DNA of 64,000 nucleotides from an uncultured Pelagibacteraceae bacterium (GCA_902598485.1 CACKBU010000006.1:6975-70974), one strand, 5' to 3'; positions 1 to 10,892 are shown, counted from the stretch's first letter. Numbers and translations are program-made. The notes: generated by a model not told the origin, from the sequence alone.

Positions 1-1
1 T

Positions 2-460
2 ATTGATCAAAGTTTATTTGCAAGAAATATTTTAAATGAAAAAAATGGACCCCCACCTGAAGTAAATTTATTTAATGAAAAAAATAATGGAGAAACTTTA
101 CTGAAATTGATTGATAATAATTTGATTATAAGTGCTCATGACGTTTCTTTAGGGGGTATAATTATTGCGGTAGCAAAAATGTGTATTAAAGGAAAAAAAG
201 GAATAAATATTAAAAAACCCAAATATCTAATCAATGAAATAGAATACTTATTTGCTGAAGATCAAGGTAGATATATTATAGAAATAAATAAAAAAGATTT
301 TAAAAAAGTAGCTGATATATTGAATAAAAATGCAGTTCATTTTGATGAACTTGGTACAATTAATGAAAATGAACTATATATTAACGATAAGACAAAAGTT
401 ACAATTGACGAATTATCAACTTCAAATAAAAGTTGGTTAAATAACTATATGAATAAATAA
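2..460 (+). CDS. purL: Phosphoribosylformylglycinamidine synthase subunit PurL, C-terminal part (5' end outside window)
   Basis: Frame is open from base 2; motifs SAHDVSLGG and LFAEDQGRYII match the PurL C-terminal AIRS_C domain. Confidence 0.9.
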   Translation: MDQSLFARNILNEKNGPPPEVNLFNEKNNGETLLKLIDNNLIISAHDVSLGGIIIAVAKMCIKGKKGINIKKPKYLINEIEYLFAEDQGRYIIEINKKDFKKVADILNKNAVHFDELGTINENELYINDKTKVTIDELSTSNKSWLNNYMNK

Positions 461-690
461 TGGCAATGGATTTAAAAGAAATTGAGAATTTTATAAAGGA
501 GGCAATGCCTGATGCAATTGTTGAAATACAAGATTTAGCAGGCGATGGAAATCATTATTCAGCTACTGTTACCTCGTCTCAATTTTCTGGAAAAAGTAAA
601 ATTGAGCAACATAAAATGGTTTATAACTCACTAAAAGGTAGAATGGGTAATGAACTACATGCATTAGCAATTAAAACAAAGGAGAGTTAA
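460..690 (+). CDS. bolA: BolA/IbaG family protein
   Basis: DLAGDGNHY...F.GKS...QH..VY..L...LHALAI motif; adjacent to a monothiol glutaredoxin. Confidence 0.92.
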   Translation: MAMDLKEIENFIKEAMPDAIVEIQDLAGDGNHYSATVTSSQFSGKSKIEQHKMVYNSLKGRMGNELHALAIKTKES

Positions 691-1029
691 ATGGACCAAG
701 AAACAAATGATTTGATAAAAAATGAAATTGAAAAAAACGAAGTATGTTTGTTTATGAAAGGCACACCTGACGCTCCACAATGTGGATTTTCAATGGCTAC
801 TTCAAATATTTTAAAAATCCTAGAAGTAAATTTTAAAGGAGTAAATGTTTTAGAAAATCAAAATTTAAGAGAAGGTATAAAAGTTTTTAGTGATTGGCCG
901 ACAATCCCACAACTTTATGTTAAAAATGAATTTATAGGTGGATGTGACATTGTCAAAGAAATGTACGAAAGTGGTGAATTGGTAAAACTTTTCGAGAGCA
1001 AAAATATAAATTTTAAAGCTAAAAGCTAA
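691..1029 (+). CDS. grxD: Monothiol glutaredoxin Grx4
   Basis: FMKGTP..PQCGFS and WPTIPQLYV..EFIGGCDI motifs. Confidence 0.95.
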   Translation: MDQETNDLIKNEIEKNEVCLFMKGTPDAPQCGFSMATSNILKILEVNFKGVNVLENQNLREGIKVFSDWPTIPQLYVKNEFIGGCDIVKEMYESGELVKLFESKNINFKAKS

Positions 1030-1647
1030 TTATCTAGAGTAATATTCAATTACTAAATTTGGCTCCATAACAATAGGATATGGAACTTCATCAAACTTTG
1101 GGATCCTAACAAATTTAAACTTTTTGTTTTTTTCATCCATCTGAATATATTCAGGAGTCTCTCTTTCTTTATTTGCAAGAGCAATATCGATTATTGCAAG
1201 TTGTTTAGATTTATCTCTTATCTCAATTGAATCTTCTTCTCTAACTAAATAACTTCCAATATTCACTTTTTTACCGTTTACTTTTACATGACCATGATTA
1301 ATTAATTGTCGAGCTGAAAAAATTGTTGTAGCAAATTTTGCTCTATAGATCACAGCATCTAATCTTCTTTCAAGAAGGCCAATTAAGTTTTCACCAGTAT
1401 CACCTTTGAGCATTACTGCTTTTTTGTAAATATTTCTAAATTGTCTCTCGTTAATGTTGCCATAATAAGCTTTTAATTTTTGTTTAGCCTGAAGCTGTAT
1501 TCCATAATCAGATGGTTTTGACGTTTTTGTTTGACCATGTTGTCCTGGTCCATAAGCTCTAGTATTAAAAGGACTTTTAGGTCTTCCCCAAAGATTAACT
1601 TTTAATCTTCTGTCTACTTTGTGTTTAGAGTTTAATCTTTTTGTCAT
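1030..1647 (-). CDS. rpsD: 30S ribosomal protein S4
   Basis: GPGQHG, SDYGIQL..KQKLK..YG, LERRLD, ARQL.NHGHV, VIEYYSR. Confidence 0.98.
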   Translation of the reverse strand: MTKRLNSKHKVDRRLKVNLWGRPKSPFNTRAYGPGQHGQTKTSKPSDYGIQLQAKQKLKAYYGNINERQFRNIYKKAVMLKGDTGENLIGLLERRLDAVIYRAKFATTIFSARQLINHGHVKVNGKKVNIGSYLVREEDSIEIRDKSKQLAIIDIALANKERETPEYIQMDEKNKKFKFVRIPKFDEVPYPIVMEPNLVIEYYSR

Positions 1648-1687
1648 TTGATAGTGGGCTTTATAAACTTACTCATCATTTTGTCAA

Positions 1688-2401
1688 TCAACGTTTTTTA
1701 CCTAAACTTGCAAATACACCTGATAAAATACGTGTTTCTTTAGTTGATAATTCCATCCTATAAAAAATATTCCTCAAGTTTTCGAGCATTATCGGTTTCT
1801 TTTCTTTTGATTTAAAGAAATTAATCTCTTCAAGATTCTGTATACAAAGATTTGCCATACCAACTATCTCTTTTTTAGATGCTGATTTAACCTTATTTGA
1901 TTTCTTAAAAGAAGATGCTTTTGAATTAATTATGTTTGATAGATATTGAGCAATTATTATTAAGCTGTGAGAAAGATTTAATGATTTAAAATCAGGATTG
2001 GTTGGAATTTGCAGAGTATAATTTGCATAGCTTATCTCATTGTTTGATAAACCAGATGCTTCTGAGCCAAATAAAAAAGCTATTTTCTTTTTATAATTTA
2101 TTTTTTTTAAATCTTCTAATTGGATATGTTTAATATTTTTATTTCTAAATCTTGCTGACGTTGCAATTACAATATCAATATTTTTTAAAGGTTTTTCTAA
2201 ATTTTCATAATTTTTTGCTTTGTTAATTATATTTTTTGCTCCTACTGAAGTTGCTAAAATTTTATCATTTGGAAATATTGGTTTAGGATCAATAACAATA
2301 AGTTTATTAAAATTAAAATTTTTCATTCCTCTTGCACACGCTCCTATATTTTCTGAGAGTTGAGGTTTGTGTAAAATGAACGAAATATTATTAACAGACA
2401 T
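1688..2401 (-). CDS. trmJ: TrmJ/LasT-family SPOUT tRNA/rRNA methyltransferase
   Basis: P...ENIGA.AR.MKNF, FG.E.SGL.N.E, IPTNPDF.SLNLSHS. Confidence 0.85.
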   Translation of the reverse strand: MSVNNISFILHKPQLSENIGACARGMKNFNFNKLIVIDPKPIFPNDKILATSVGAKNIINKAKNYENLEKPLKNIDIVIATSARFRNKNIKHIQLEDLKKINYKKKIAFLFGSEASGLSNNEISYANYTLQIPTNPDFKSLNLSHSLIIIAQYLSNIINSKASSFKKSNKVKSASKKEIVGMANLCIQNLEEINFFKSKEKKPIMLENLRNIFYRMELSTKETRILSGVFASLGKKR

Positions 2402-3264
2402 TAATCTATGCCATGGTTTCTATTATAATTGGAAATGATTGATGGTTTAATATCATTTAAATAATTTGGATCTACTGTCCAAATAGAAACTTTTAATGGA
2501 TAGCATTTTGCAACATCTGATGAATGTTCAGATCCACAATCACCTCCTGGACAAGCAGAAAGAGCACCCAATAAATCTGTTTCAGCAAAAAATTCTAAAT
2601 AATCACCAGGTCTTACTGGGCTTGCTTTCATAAAATATTGTTTAGTATCATTAGTAAATCCAGTTAACATAAAAACATTTAATACATCGTGAACTATTTT
2701 TTCTGCGTGATCTAACTGAACATTTTTTTCTTTAACTAAAGCTCTTGTTAAATTTGAATGACAACAATAATGATAATCGTTATCGCTCAAAAGTTTTGAT
2801 GTATAAGGATCACATCTTGTACCAATTACATCATGAACCGACCCTCCATCTTTATCATAGTCATACCAATCTAAAGTATCCCATGTTATTGTTGCTAAAG
2901 ATCTAAGATAGGGAAAACTACTAAACATTTTATCACCAACAGAAAGATGAGTCCCATACAATGCTCTTGTTTTTCCTGAATAAAATTTTTCATCTAAATT
3001 ATTTAAATTAAATAAATTTAAATCACCTACTTGAGGTCCCTCAATACTTTCGATTCTAAAAAACTCACCAAATTTAACTTCAAAGGTTTTTGCATCTCTT
3101 GGAGGTATTATAACTTCCTCTTTTTTAACCAAGTGTTCTCTGGCAGAATGTAAAATATCTAAATTTTTTTCTTCGATATTGGTATTTGGATAACAAACTA
3201 TTGGTTTTGCTCCTATTCTATCTTTTAGATCTGATGGTTTTTCTGAAAATTTTTTAATTTTCAT
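2401..3264 (-). CDS. DUF1989 / urea-carboxylase-associated family protein
   Basis: GPQVGDLN, HDVIGTRCDP, CCHSNL, HDVLNVFM, ALSACPG motifs typical of DUF1989. Confidence 0.75.
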   Translation of the reverse strand: MKIKKFSEKPSDLKDRIGAKPIVCYPNTNIEEKNLDILHSAREHLVKKEEVIIPPRDAKTFEVKFGEFFRIESIEGPQVGDLNLFNLNNLDEKFYSGKTRALYGTHLSVGDKMFSSFPYLRSLATITWDTLDWYDYDKDGGSVHDVIGTRCDPYTSKLLSDNDYHYCCHSNLTRALVKEKNVQLDHAEKIVHDVLNVFMLTGFTNDTKQYFMKASPVRPGDYLEFFAETDLLGALSACPGGDCGSEHSSDVAKCYPLKVSIWTVDPNYLNDIKPSIISNYNRNHGID

Positions 3265-3266
3265 TT

Positions 3267-4868
3267 TTATGAACTTCCAGGAGCTTTATCCTTAAATAAC
3301 TTATAATCTAAACTATCAACAAGAGCTTTGAAAGATGCATCAATTATATTTGGTGATACTCCAATAGTAAACCAGTTAACCCCCTTTGAGTCTGTACTTT
3401 CAATACTAACTCTTGTTACAGCTTCTGTACCTGTATTTAAAATTCTAACTTTGTAGTCAACTAGTCTTAAATCTTTTAAATATTGTGAATATTTAGCAAG
3501 CTTGTTTACATTCTTTCTAATTGCATTATCTAGAGCATTAACAGGTCCATTTCCTTGTCCTTCACACAAAATTTTGTCCCCATCTACTTCTAACTTAGCT
3601 CTAGCAAATGAAACTATTTCTCCTGCATTATCTTTCTTTACCGAAACATCATATTCATTAATAGAAATATATCTTGGTATCTCTCCCATTAGTCTTCGAG
3701 CTAACAACTCAAAAGACGCGTCAGCACCATCATAACTATAACCAATAAATTCTCGATCTTTCACTTCATCTAAAAGTTTTTTAATTTTTGGGTCACTTTT
3801 CTCAACTTTAATTCCTATTAAATTCAATCTCGACATTATATTGGATTGTCCAGATTGATCTGAAACAACTATATTTCTAGAGTTTCCAACTTCTTCTGGA
3901 TTTATGTGCTCATAGGTTTTAGGATCTTTTTGAACAGCCGAAACATGCATTCCACCCTTGTGAGAAAAGGCAGAAGCTCCAACATAAGGTAAATGTTTAT
4001 TGGGTTTTCTATTTAATATCTCATCTAATAATCTTGAGCATTGAGTTAAGTTTTTTAAATTTTCTTTTTTAATACTTAGTCCAAACTTATCTGAAAAATC
4101 TTTCTTTAAAAAAAATGAGGGAATTAATGACATTAAATTAGCATTTCCACATCTTTCACCCAAACCATTGATTGTACCCTGGACTTGTCTAACACCTGCT
4201 TGAACTGCTGCAAGACTGTTAGCTACAGCATTTTCGGTATCATTATGAGCATGTATTCCTAAATTTTTTCCAGGGATTTTCTTACTTACTTTAGATACAA
4301 TTTCTGTTATCTCGTGTGGAAGTGTACCACCGTTAGTATCACATAATATAACCCATCTAGCACCATTATCAAAAGCAGCTTTTAAACATGACATTGCATA
4401 TTCTGGATTAGCTTTATATCCATCAAAAAAATGTTCAGCATCAAACATGAACTCTTTTCCAGATTTAACAATGTGTTTAGTGCTTTCACTTATATTCATT
4501 AAATTCTGCTCATTACTTATTCCTAATGCTACATCCACTTGAAAATCCCATGATTTTCCAAACAAGCAAACAGAAGTACTTTTTGAATTAATTAATGATG
4601 AGAGCATAGGGTCATTTTCTGCACTGTGTTCAGATTTTTTAGTCATTCCAAATGCAGTTAATTTCGTTGATTTAAAATTATGATCTTTATTGAAAAACTC
4701 AGTATCAGTTGGATTTGCACCCGGCCAACCACCTTCAACATAATCCACACCTAATTTATCTAATGCTGATGAGATTTTTTCTTTATCATCAATTGAAAAA
4801 TCTACACCTTGTGTTTGTGCTCCATCACGCAGTGTTGTGTCAAATATATAAAGTTGTTCTTTGCTCAT
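3267..4868 (-). CDS. cimA: Citramalate synthase (LeuA-like DRE-TIM)
   Basis: DTTLRDGAQ, EGGWPGANP, FDAEHFFDG, HAHND, GERCGNANL, AFSHKGGMH; C-terminal regulatory domain. Confidence 0.9.
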   Translation of the reverse strand: MSKEQLYIFDTTLRDGAQTQGVDFSIDDKEKISSALDKLGVDYVEGGWPGANPTDTEFFNKDHNFKSTKLTAFGMTKKSEHSAENDPMLSSLINSKSTSVCLFGKSWDFQVDVALGISNEQNLMNISESTKHIVKSGKEFMFDAEHFFDGYKANPEYAMSCLKAAFDNGARWVILCDTNGGTLPHEITEIVSKVSKKIPGKNLGIHAHNDTENAVANSLAAVQAGVRQVQGTINGLGERCGNANLMSLIPSFFLKKDFSDKFGLSIKKENLKNLTQCSRLLDEILNRKPNKHLPYVGASAFSHKGGMHVSAVQKDPKTYEHINPEEVGNSRNIVVSDQSGQSNIMSRLNLIGIKVEKSDPKIKKLLDEVKDREFIGYSYDGADASFELLARRLMGEIPRYISINEYDVSVKKDNAGEIVSFARAKLEVDGDKILCEGQGNGPVNALDNAIRKNVNKLAKYSQYLKDLRLVDYKVRILNTGTEAVTRVSIESTDSKGVNWFTIGVSPNIIDASFKALVDSLDYKLFKDKAPGSS

Positions 4869-6220
4869 TTAAATTTCCAAGTCGTTTTACCATCTTTATC
4901 TTCTATTAAAACACCTTTGTTTAATAGCTCATCTCTTATTTTGTCAGCTTCCTTATAATTTTTATTAACTCTAGCTTCATTTCTCTGATTAATTTTAATT
5001 AAAATTTCATTTTCAGAAATTGATACCTTGTTTTTCTTAAATTTAAGCCAATCCTCTTTAGTTTCATTTAATAATCCAATAAAATTGCAGGCAGAAATAA
5101 ATAATTTTTTATCTTCATCAGAACCCTTCGCTGCTTTCTCGTATAATTTATGTAAATTGGCAATATAGCCTGGTGTATTTAAATCATCGAGAAGAGGTTT
5201 AAGAATTTCATCTGAAATTTTTAATTTTGTTTTTATGTTTAAATAAACATTATACCATTTACTAATTGTATTTTCACATTCCTCTAAAAGCTTATCATTC
5301 CAATCAAGTGGCTGTCGATAATGTGCACTCATCAAAGCCATTCTTAAAACTTGACCACTTTTATTATTTCTAAAATCTTTAATTTTTAAAATATTACCCT
5401 GTGATTTTGCCATTTTTTCATTGGACATTGTGATAAATGCATTATGTAACCAATAATTAGCAAACGACTTACTATCATTTGCACATCTTGATTGAGCTAT
5501 TTCATTTTCATGATGCGGAAATAACAAATCAACGCCTCCTCCATGAACATCAAATTCGTTTCCTAAATATTTTTTAGACATTGCCGAACATTCTAAATGC
5601 CAACCAGGTCTACCTTTTCCCCAAGGTGAGTCCCATGACGGCTCATCTGTTTCTGATGGTTTCCATAAAACAAAATCTTCAGGATTTTTTTTATTATCAC
5701 TTACTTCAATTCTTGATCCTGCAACTAATTCATCTAACTTTTTGTTTGATAACTGCCCATAATCTTTAAATTTTTTTACTTCAAAATAAACATGTTTATT
5801 ATTTTCGTAAGCAAATCCTTTTTTAATTAATTCAGAAATCATTTCTATCATTTCAGAAATATGCTCAGTTGCTTTTGGCTCATGGTTTGGTTGTTCACAA
5901 TTTAGATAGATACAATCTTCGTTAAAACTTTGAGTAATTTTTTTAGTAAGCTCTGAAATTGAAATATTATTTTCCTTTGAGGATTTTATTATTTTATCAT
6001 CTACATCTGTAATATTTCTTACATAAGTTACATTAGGATATTTATTTTTTAAAATTTTAAAAAGAATATCAAATACAACTACTGGTCTAGCATTACCAAT
6101 ATGAGGATCATCATAAACAGTTGGACCGCAAACATACATTCTCACATTGTTTTTATCTTTGGGAATAAATTTTTCTTTTTTGTTATTAAGATTATTTGTT
6201 AAAAAAATATCTAAACTCAT
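4865..6220 (-). CDS. cysS: Cysteine--tRNA ligase
   Basis: MYVCGPTVY, HIGN, GRPGWHLECSAM, FPHHENE, KMAKS. Confidence 0.98.
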   Translation of the reverse strand: MSLDIFLTNNLNNKKEKFIPKDKNNVRMYVCGPTVYDDPHIGNARPVVVFDILFKILKNKYPNVTYVRNITDVDDKIIKSSKENNISISELTKKITQSFNEDCIYLNCEQPNHEPKATEHISEMIEMISELIKKGFAYENNKHVYFEVKKFKDYGQLSNKKLDELVAGSRIEVSDNKKNPEDFVLWKPSETDEPSWDSPWGKGRPGWHLECSAMSKKYLGNEFDVHGGGVDLLFPHHENEIAQSRCANDSKSFANYWLHNAFITMSNEKMAKSQGNILKIKDFRNNKSGQVLRMALMSAHYRQPLDWNDKLLEECENTISKWYNVYLNIKTKLKISDEILKPLLDDLNTPGYIANLHKLYEKAAKGSDEDKKLFISACNFIGLLNETKEDWLKFKKNKVSISENEILIKINQRNEARVNKNYKEADKIRDELLNKGVLIEDKDGKTTWKFK

Positions 6221-6265
6221 AGTTGAAGAAATATACTTAAATTATAGATTTGTGAATCTATTTGA

Positions 6266-7003
6266 TTAATTTGGAATTATGCATACAGGAATTGGCTCCA
6301 TTTTATGCATATTTTGTTTTCTAATAATTTCGTATTTCGCACGATTCGGAGAATTTGGATTCTCCATTGCTTCTTCTAATTCATTATATTTTAAACCAAG
6401 TTGACCTTCATCAGTTCTACCATCATCCCATAAACCATCAGTTGGAGGTGCATCGATAATCTCTTGTAGAATTCCTAGCTCTTTTCCTAATTCCCATACC
6501 TGTGTTTTGTTACAATCAGCTATTGGTGAAATATCTACTCCACCATCTCCGTACTTCGTATAAAATCCAACACCAAAATCCTCAACTTTGTTTCCTGTCC
6601 CCACAACAATTCCTTTATTCGCTGCTGCTACCTGGTAAAGAGTGGTCATTCTAAGTCTAGCTCTTGAATTAGCCATACCATGTTCATTATCAAATTTTGA
6701 TAAACTTGCATTAAATGCTAAAAATAACTCGTCTAAATTAATTGTATGCGCTTCAACATTTTTGAAATTTTTTACTAACCATTCTTGATGCTTTATACTT
6801 AAATCATGTTGATGTGATTTCTGTTTGATTGGCATTGACAAAACAATAGTTTTTAAGCCGGTCATTGCGCTTAATGTACTAGAAACTGACGAATCTATTC
6901 CTCCAGAAATTCCTATAACCAATGACTCTGCTTTACTTGGCATATTATTTGCATAATCTTTAATCCAATTAGAAATAAATTTAACTTTTTCTGAAGGTGT
7001 CAT
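6266..7003 (-). CDS. nadE: NH3-dependent NAD+ synthetase
   Basis: GISGGIDS, N.RARLRM, GFYTKYGDGG, PTDGLW. Confidence 0.95.
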   Translation of the reverse strand: MTPSEKVKFISNWIKDYANNMPSKAESLVIGISGGIDSSVSSTLSAMTGLKTIVLSMPIKQKSHQHDLSIKHQEWLVKNFKNVEAHTINLDELFLAFNASLSKFDNEHGMANSRARLRMTTLYQVAAANKGIVVGTGNKVEDFGVGFYTKYGDGGVDISPIADCNKTQVWELGKELGILQEIIDAPPTDGLWDDGRTDEGQLGLKYNELEEAMENPNSPNRAKYEIIRKQNMHKMEPIPVCIIPN

Positions 7004-7041
7004 AATTAGAAACTATTTATTATTAATAATTTTACAATGTA

Positions 7042-8421
7042 TTAAGATGCCGCTCTGTCTGCATTTTTTGAATACGAGCTATTCTTTTTAATCTCATCTG
7101 ATATTAAAAATGCTAATTCTAAAGCTTGATTTCCATTAAGTCTTGGATCACAGTGAGTGTGGTATCTAGAAGATAAATCTTTTTCAGATATTTTTTGAGC
7201 ACCTCCTATACACTCAGTTACATCTTGACCAGTTAATTCGATATGTAGACCGCCTGCATAACTTCCCTCACTTTGATGGCATGCAAAAACCTCTTTTACT
7301 TCTTTTAAAACACTGTTAAATGGTCTTGTTTTGAACCCTGTTGCAGCTTTGATTGTGTTACCATGACAAGGATCACACGACCAAATCACATTTAATCCCT
7401 CTTTTTTTATTGCTCTAATTAATTTTGGTAAAAATTTTGATACATTGTCTGCTCCAAATCTTGATATTAAAGTAATTTTACCTTTTTCATTTTTCGGATT
7501 AATTCTGTTACACAAATTGATTAAATCATCAGCCTTTAGGGTTGGTCCACATTTAATTCCAATTGGATTTTCTATACCTCTGCAAAATTCAACATGACCA
7601 CCATCTAATTGTCTGGTTCTGTCTCCAATCCAAACAAAATGAGCAGATGTATCATGATTTTCACCAGTGGTAGAATCTGTTCTGGTCATTGACTCCTCGA
7701 AAGGTAGTAGTAAAGCTTCATGTGATGTCCAAAAATTTACTGTGTACAATCTATTATTAAAATCTGAAGTAATTCCACATGCTCTCATAAAAGCAATAGC
7801 ATCAGCAATTTTATCTTCAAGATCCTTGAATTTTTTAGCTTGTGGGCTTTGTTTAATGTAATCTAAATTCCATAAGTGGACTTTATTTAAATCTGCAAAA
7901 CCTCCTTTTGAAAAAGCTCTAATAAGATTAAGAGTTGCTGCTGATTGAGAATAAGCTTTAAACAGTCTTTTAGGATCTGGAACTCTTGCCTTTTCAGTAA
8001 ATTCCATAGCATTTATGTTGTCACCTAAGTAACTTGGAAGCTCTACACCATCTTTTATTTCTGTTGGTGCACTTCTAGGTTTTGAAAACTGTCCAGCTAT
8101 TCTTCCAACTTTTACAACTGGTAATGAAGCTGAGTAAGTTAAAACTAATGACATTTGCAACATTAGTTTGAATGTATCTCTTATATTATCTGGATTAAAT
8201 TCTGCAAAACTCTCGGCGCAATCTCCGCCTTGAAGCAAAAATGCTTTTCCATCCACAACATCAGCTAATTGACTTTTAAGATGTCTTGTTTCTCCAGCAA
8301 ATACTAACGGAGGAAATGTTCCTATCTTATCCAAAACTTTATCCAGTTCTTTTTTGTCTGGATATTCTGGAATATGTTTCACAGGATATTTTCTCCAACT
8401 ATTTTTTTTCCAACTTTTCAT
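7042..8421 (-). CDS. Class II DAHP synthase
   Basis: FLLQGGDCAESF, GRIAGQFSKPRS, WIGDRTRQ, CDPRLN; ATG at 8421 preferred over upstream TTG. Confidence 0.95.
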   Translation of the reverse strand: MKSWKKNSWRKYPVKHIPEYPDKKELDKVLDKIGTFPPLVFAGETRHLKSQLADVVDGKAFLLQGGDCAESFAEFNPDNIRDTFKLMLQMSLVLTYSASLPVVKVGRIAGQFSKPRSAPTEIKDGVELPSYLGDNINAMEFTEKARVPDPKRLFKAYSQSAATLNLIRAFSKGGFADLNKVHLWNLDYIKQSPQAKKFKDLEDKIADAIAFMRACGITSDFNNRLYTVNFWTSHEALLLPFEESMTRTDSTTGENHDTSAHFVWIGDRTRQLDGGHVEFCRGIENPIGIKCGPTLKADDLINLCNRINPKNEKGKITLISRFGADNVSKFLPKLIRAIKKEGLNVIWSCDPCHGNTIKAATGFKTRPFNSVLKEVKEVFACHQSEGSYAGGLHIELTGQDVTECIGGAQKISEKDLSSRYHTHCDPRLNGNQALELAFLISDEIKKNSSYSKNADRAAS

Positions 8422-8456
8422 ATTCAACCTAAGGGTGTTTTAACAGAGTTTAAAGT

Positions 8457-10277
8457 TTATTCAACAGTGACAGATTTAGCCAAATTTCTAGGCTTATCAA
8501 TGTCATAACCTTTTTTAAGAGCAGAGTAATAAGCAAGTTTTTGAAGTGGAATAGTCAAAAGGAATGGAAGTAAGTCTTCATTTGTATTCTCAACTTCAAT
8601 AGTTTCCCAAATATTTTCTGACACAACTTCATCTTTACTTTTGTTAGTTATCAATAATACTTTCGCTCCTCTAGCAATAACTTCCTGCATATTGGAAATT
8701 GTTTTTTTATAGTAATTATCTCTAGGAGCCAAAACAACTACGGGCATTCCTTCCTCAATAAGAGCTAACGGCCCATGTTTCATTTCTCCAGCTGGATAAC
8801 CTTCGGCATGAACGTAAGACAGTTCCTTAAGCTTTAATGCTCCCTCTAATGCTATTGGGTAAGAAAAACCTCTGCCTAAAAACATTGATCCTTTAGCTTC
8901 ATTAAATGTTGAGGATATTGCTTGGATGTCATTATCATGGAGCAATGTTTTCTCTATTAATCCTGGTAAAGCTTTTAAGTCTTTAATCTTTTTTTGGTAT
9001 TCTTTTTTTTCAATTTCCTTTCTTAAAGAACCAAGTTTTAATGCTAAAATATACAAAACAAGTATTTGACCTAAAAATGCTTTTGTGGATGCCACTCCTA
9101 TTTCAGGACCGCAATGAATTGGTAATACAAAATTAGAGTCCCTTGCTATTGAGCTTTCGATTACATTAACAACGGCGCAAGTTTTCATATTATTCTTATT
9201 ACAAAGATCTAGTGCCGCATAAGTGTCAGCTGTTTCTCCAGACTGAGAAACAAAGATATATAAACTGTCATTTTTAAATCTATTTTTTCTATATCTAAAT
9301 TCAGAGGCTATATCTATATTAACATCCAAAGTTGTTAATTCTTCAAACCAATATTTTGCCATCAAGCATGAATGATATGCTGTTCCACATCCAACTAAAG
9401 TTATTGATTTGATTTCTTCAATTTTCCATGGGAAATTAAATATATTTATATCTTTATTTAAATTATCTACGTATTCTTTAATCCCAGTTTTTATTGTTGT
9501 TGGTTGTTCCTCAATTTCTTTTGCCATAAAATGTTTAAAATCACCTTTGTCATAACTAGATTCATCTGATGACAATTCTAATATTTTTTTATTAACTTTT
9601 TTTCCCTCTTCATTAAAAAAAATAACCTGATCTTTTTTAACAACACAAAATTCACCATCATCAAGATAAGTGATTTTATTTGTCAATGATTTTAAAGCAT
9701 ATGAATCTGATCCTAGATAGTTTTCATTTGGACCATATCCAACTGCTAATGGTGATCCTCTTCTAGCGCCTACGATTAGATCTGGTAAATCCTTAAAAAC
9801 AATCCCAAGAGCAAAACTACCATGAAGTTGTTTCAAAGTTTTTTTAATAGCTTCTTCTAGTTCAGATGTTTTTAAATGCTCAGTTATCAAATGAACAATT
9901 ACCTCTGTATCTGTTTGAGATTTAAAATTATGACCTTTGTTAATTAAATGTTTTTTTAATATTGTAGAGTTTTCAATAATTCCGTTGTGAACTACTGATA
10001 CGTTATGAGAGGAATGAGGATGAGCATTTAAACTATTCGGGATTCCATGGGTTGCCCATCTTACATGCCCTATACCAATATTTCCTGTTAAATTTTTTAA
10101 ATCAAAATTATTTTCTAAATTGTCTACTCTACCCTCTGATTTTACCTCATTAATTTCACCATCTGAAAGTGTAGCTATACCTGCTGAGTCATATCCTCTA
10201 TATTCTAACTTTTTTAATGAATTAATTATATTTGCAGAAACAGGTTTGTTGCTAGATATTCCAATTATTCCACACAT
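8457..10277 (-). CDS. glmS: Glutamine--fructose-6-phosphate aminotransferase
   Basis: MCGI N-terminus, EYRGYDSAG, GHVRWATHG, SQSGETADT, PRNLAKSVTVE. Confidence 0.98.
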   Translation of the reverse strand: MCGIIGISSNKPVSANIINSLKKLEYRGYDSAGIATLSDGEINEVKSEGRVDNLENNFDLKNLTGNIGIGHVRWATHGIPNSLNAHPHSSHNVSVVHNGIIENSTILKKHLINKGHNFKSQTDTEVIVHLITEHLKTSELEEAIKKTLKQLHGSFALGIVFKDLPDLIVGARRGSPLAVGYGPNENYLGSDSYALKSLTNKITYLDDGEFCVVKKDQVIFFNEEGKKVNKKILELSSDESSYDKGDFKHFMAKEIEEQPTTIKTGIKEYVDNLNKDINIFNFPWKIEEIKSITLVGCGTAYHSCLMAKYWFEELTTLDVNIDIASEFRYRKNRFKNDSLYIFVSQSGETADTYAALDLCNKNNMKTCAVVNVIESSIARDSNFVLPIHCGPEIGVASTKAFLGQILVLYILALKLGSLRKEIEKKEYQKKIKDLKALPGLIEKTLLHDNDIQAISSTFNEAKGSMFLGRGFSYPIALEGALKLKELSYVHAEGYPAGEMKHGPLALIEEGMPVVVLAPRDNYYKKTISNMQEVIARGAKVLLITNKSKDEVVSENIWETIEVENTNEDLLPFLLTIPLQKLAYYSALKKGYDIDKPRNLAKSVTVE

Positions 10278-10280
10278 AAA

Positions 10281-10892
10281 TTATTTTTTCTTTCTGTTAT
10301 AATTCTTAATTTCTAATTGTGGCGATCTTGTTAGCGCTAAAGATTTTTTTTTAACATTTTTGGTTACTACTGATCCAGCTCCAACAATACTATCTTCATT
10401 TATAGTAATTGGAGCAATTAAAGAAGAGTTTGAGCCTATAAATACTTTATCTTTAATTTTTGTCTTATTCTTTTTTACTCCGTCATAATTACATGTAATT
10501 GTCCCAGCTCCAATATTTACTGATTTTCCTATTTGAGCATCTCCCACATAAGATAAATGATTAACTTTAGATTTATTTCCTAAAGTACTTTTTTTTATCT
10601 CTACAAAATTACCAACTTTAGATCCTTGTTTTAAAATTGTATTAGGTCTAATTCTAGCATATGGACCAATCTCAACTTTATTTTCAATTTTACAGGACTC
10701 TAAATGTGAAAAAGATTTTATAATTACATTATCCCCAATTTTGACCTTAGAGCCGATAACGACATAAGGTTCTATAGTTACATTACTTCCAATCTTTGTA
10801 TCTTTTGAAAAAAAAATAGTTTCAGGACCTATCATCTTTACACCTGACTTAATAAATTTTTCTCTAAGTTTTTTTTGATTTAAAACTTCCAT
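10281..10892 (-). CDS. glmU: GlmU C-terminal glucosamine-1-phosphate N-acetyltransferase domain only (203 aa)
   Basis: GPYARIRP, GNFVEIK, HLSYVGDA, GAGTITCNYDG hexapeptide-repeat motifs; directly upstream of glmS; no N-terminal uridylyltransferase domain. Confidence 0.85.
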   Translation of the reverse strand: MEVLNQKKLREKFIKSGVKMIGPETIFFSKDTKIGSNVTIEPYVVIGSKVKIGDNVIIKSFSHLESCKIENKVEIGPYARIRPNTILKQGSKVGNFVEIKKSTLGNKSKVNHLSYVGDAQIGKSVNIGAGTITCNYDGVKKNKTKIKDKVFIGSNSSLIAPITINEDSIVGAGSVVTKNVKKKSLALTRSPQLEIKNYNRKKK

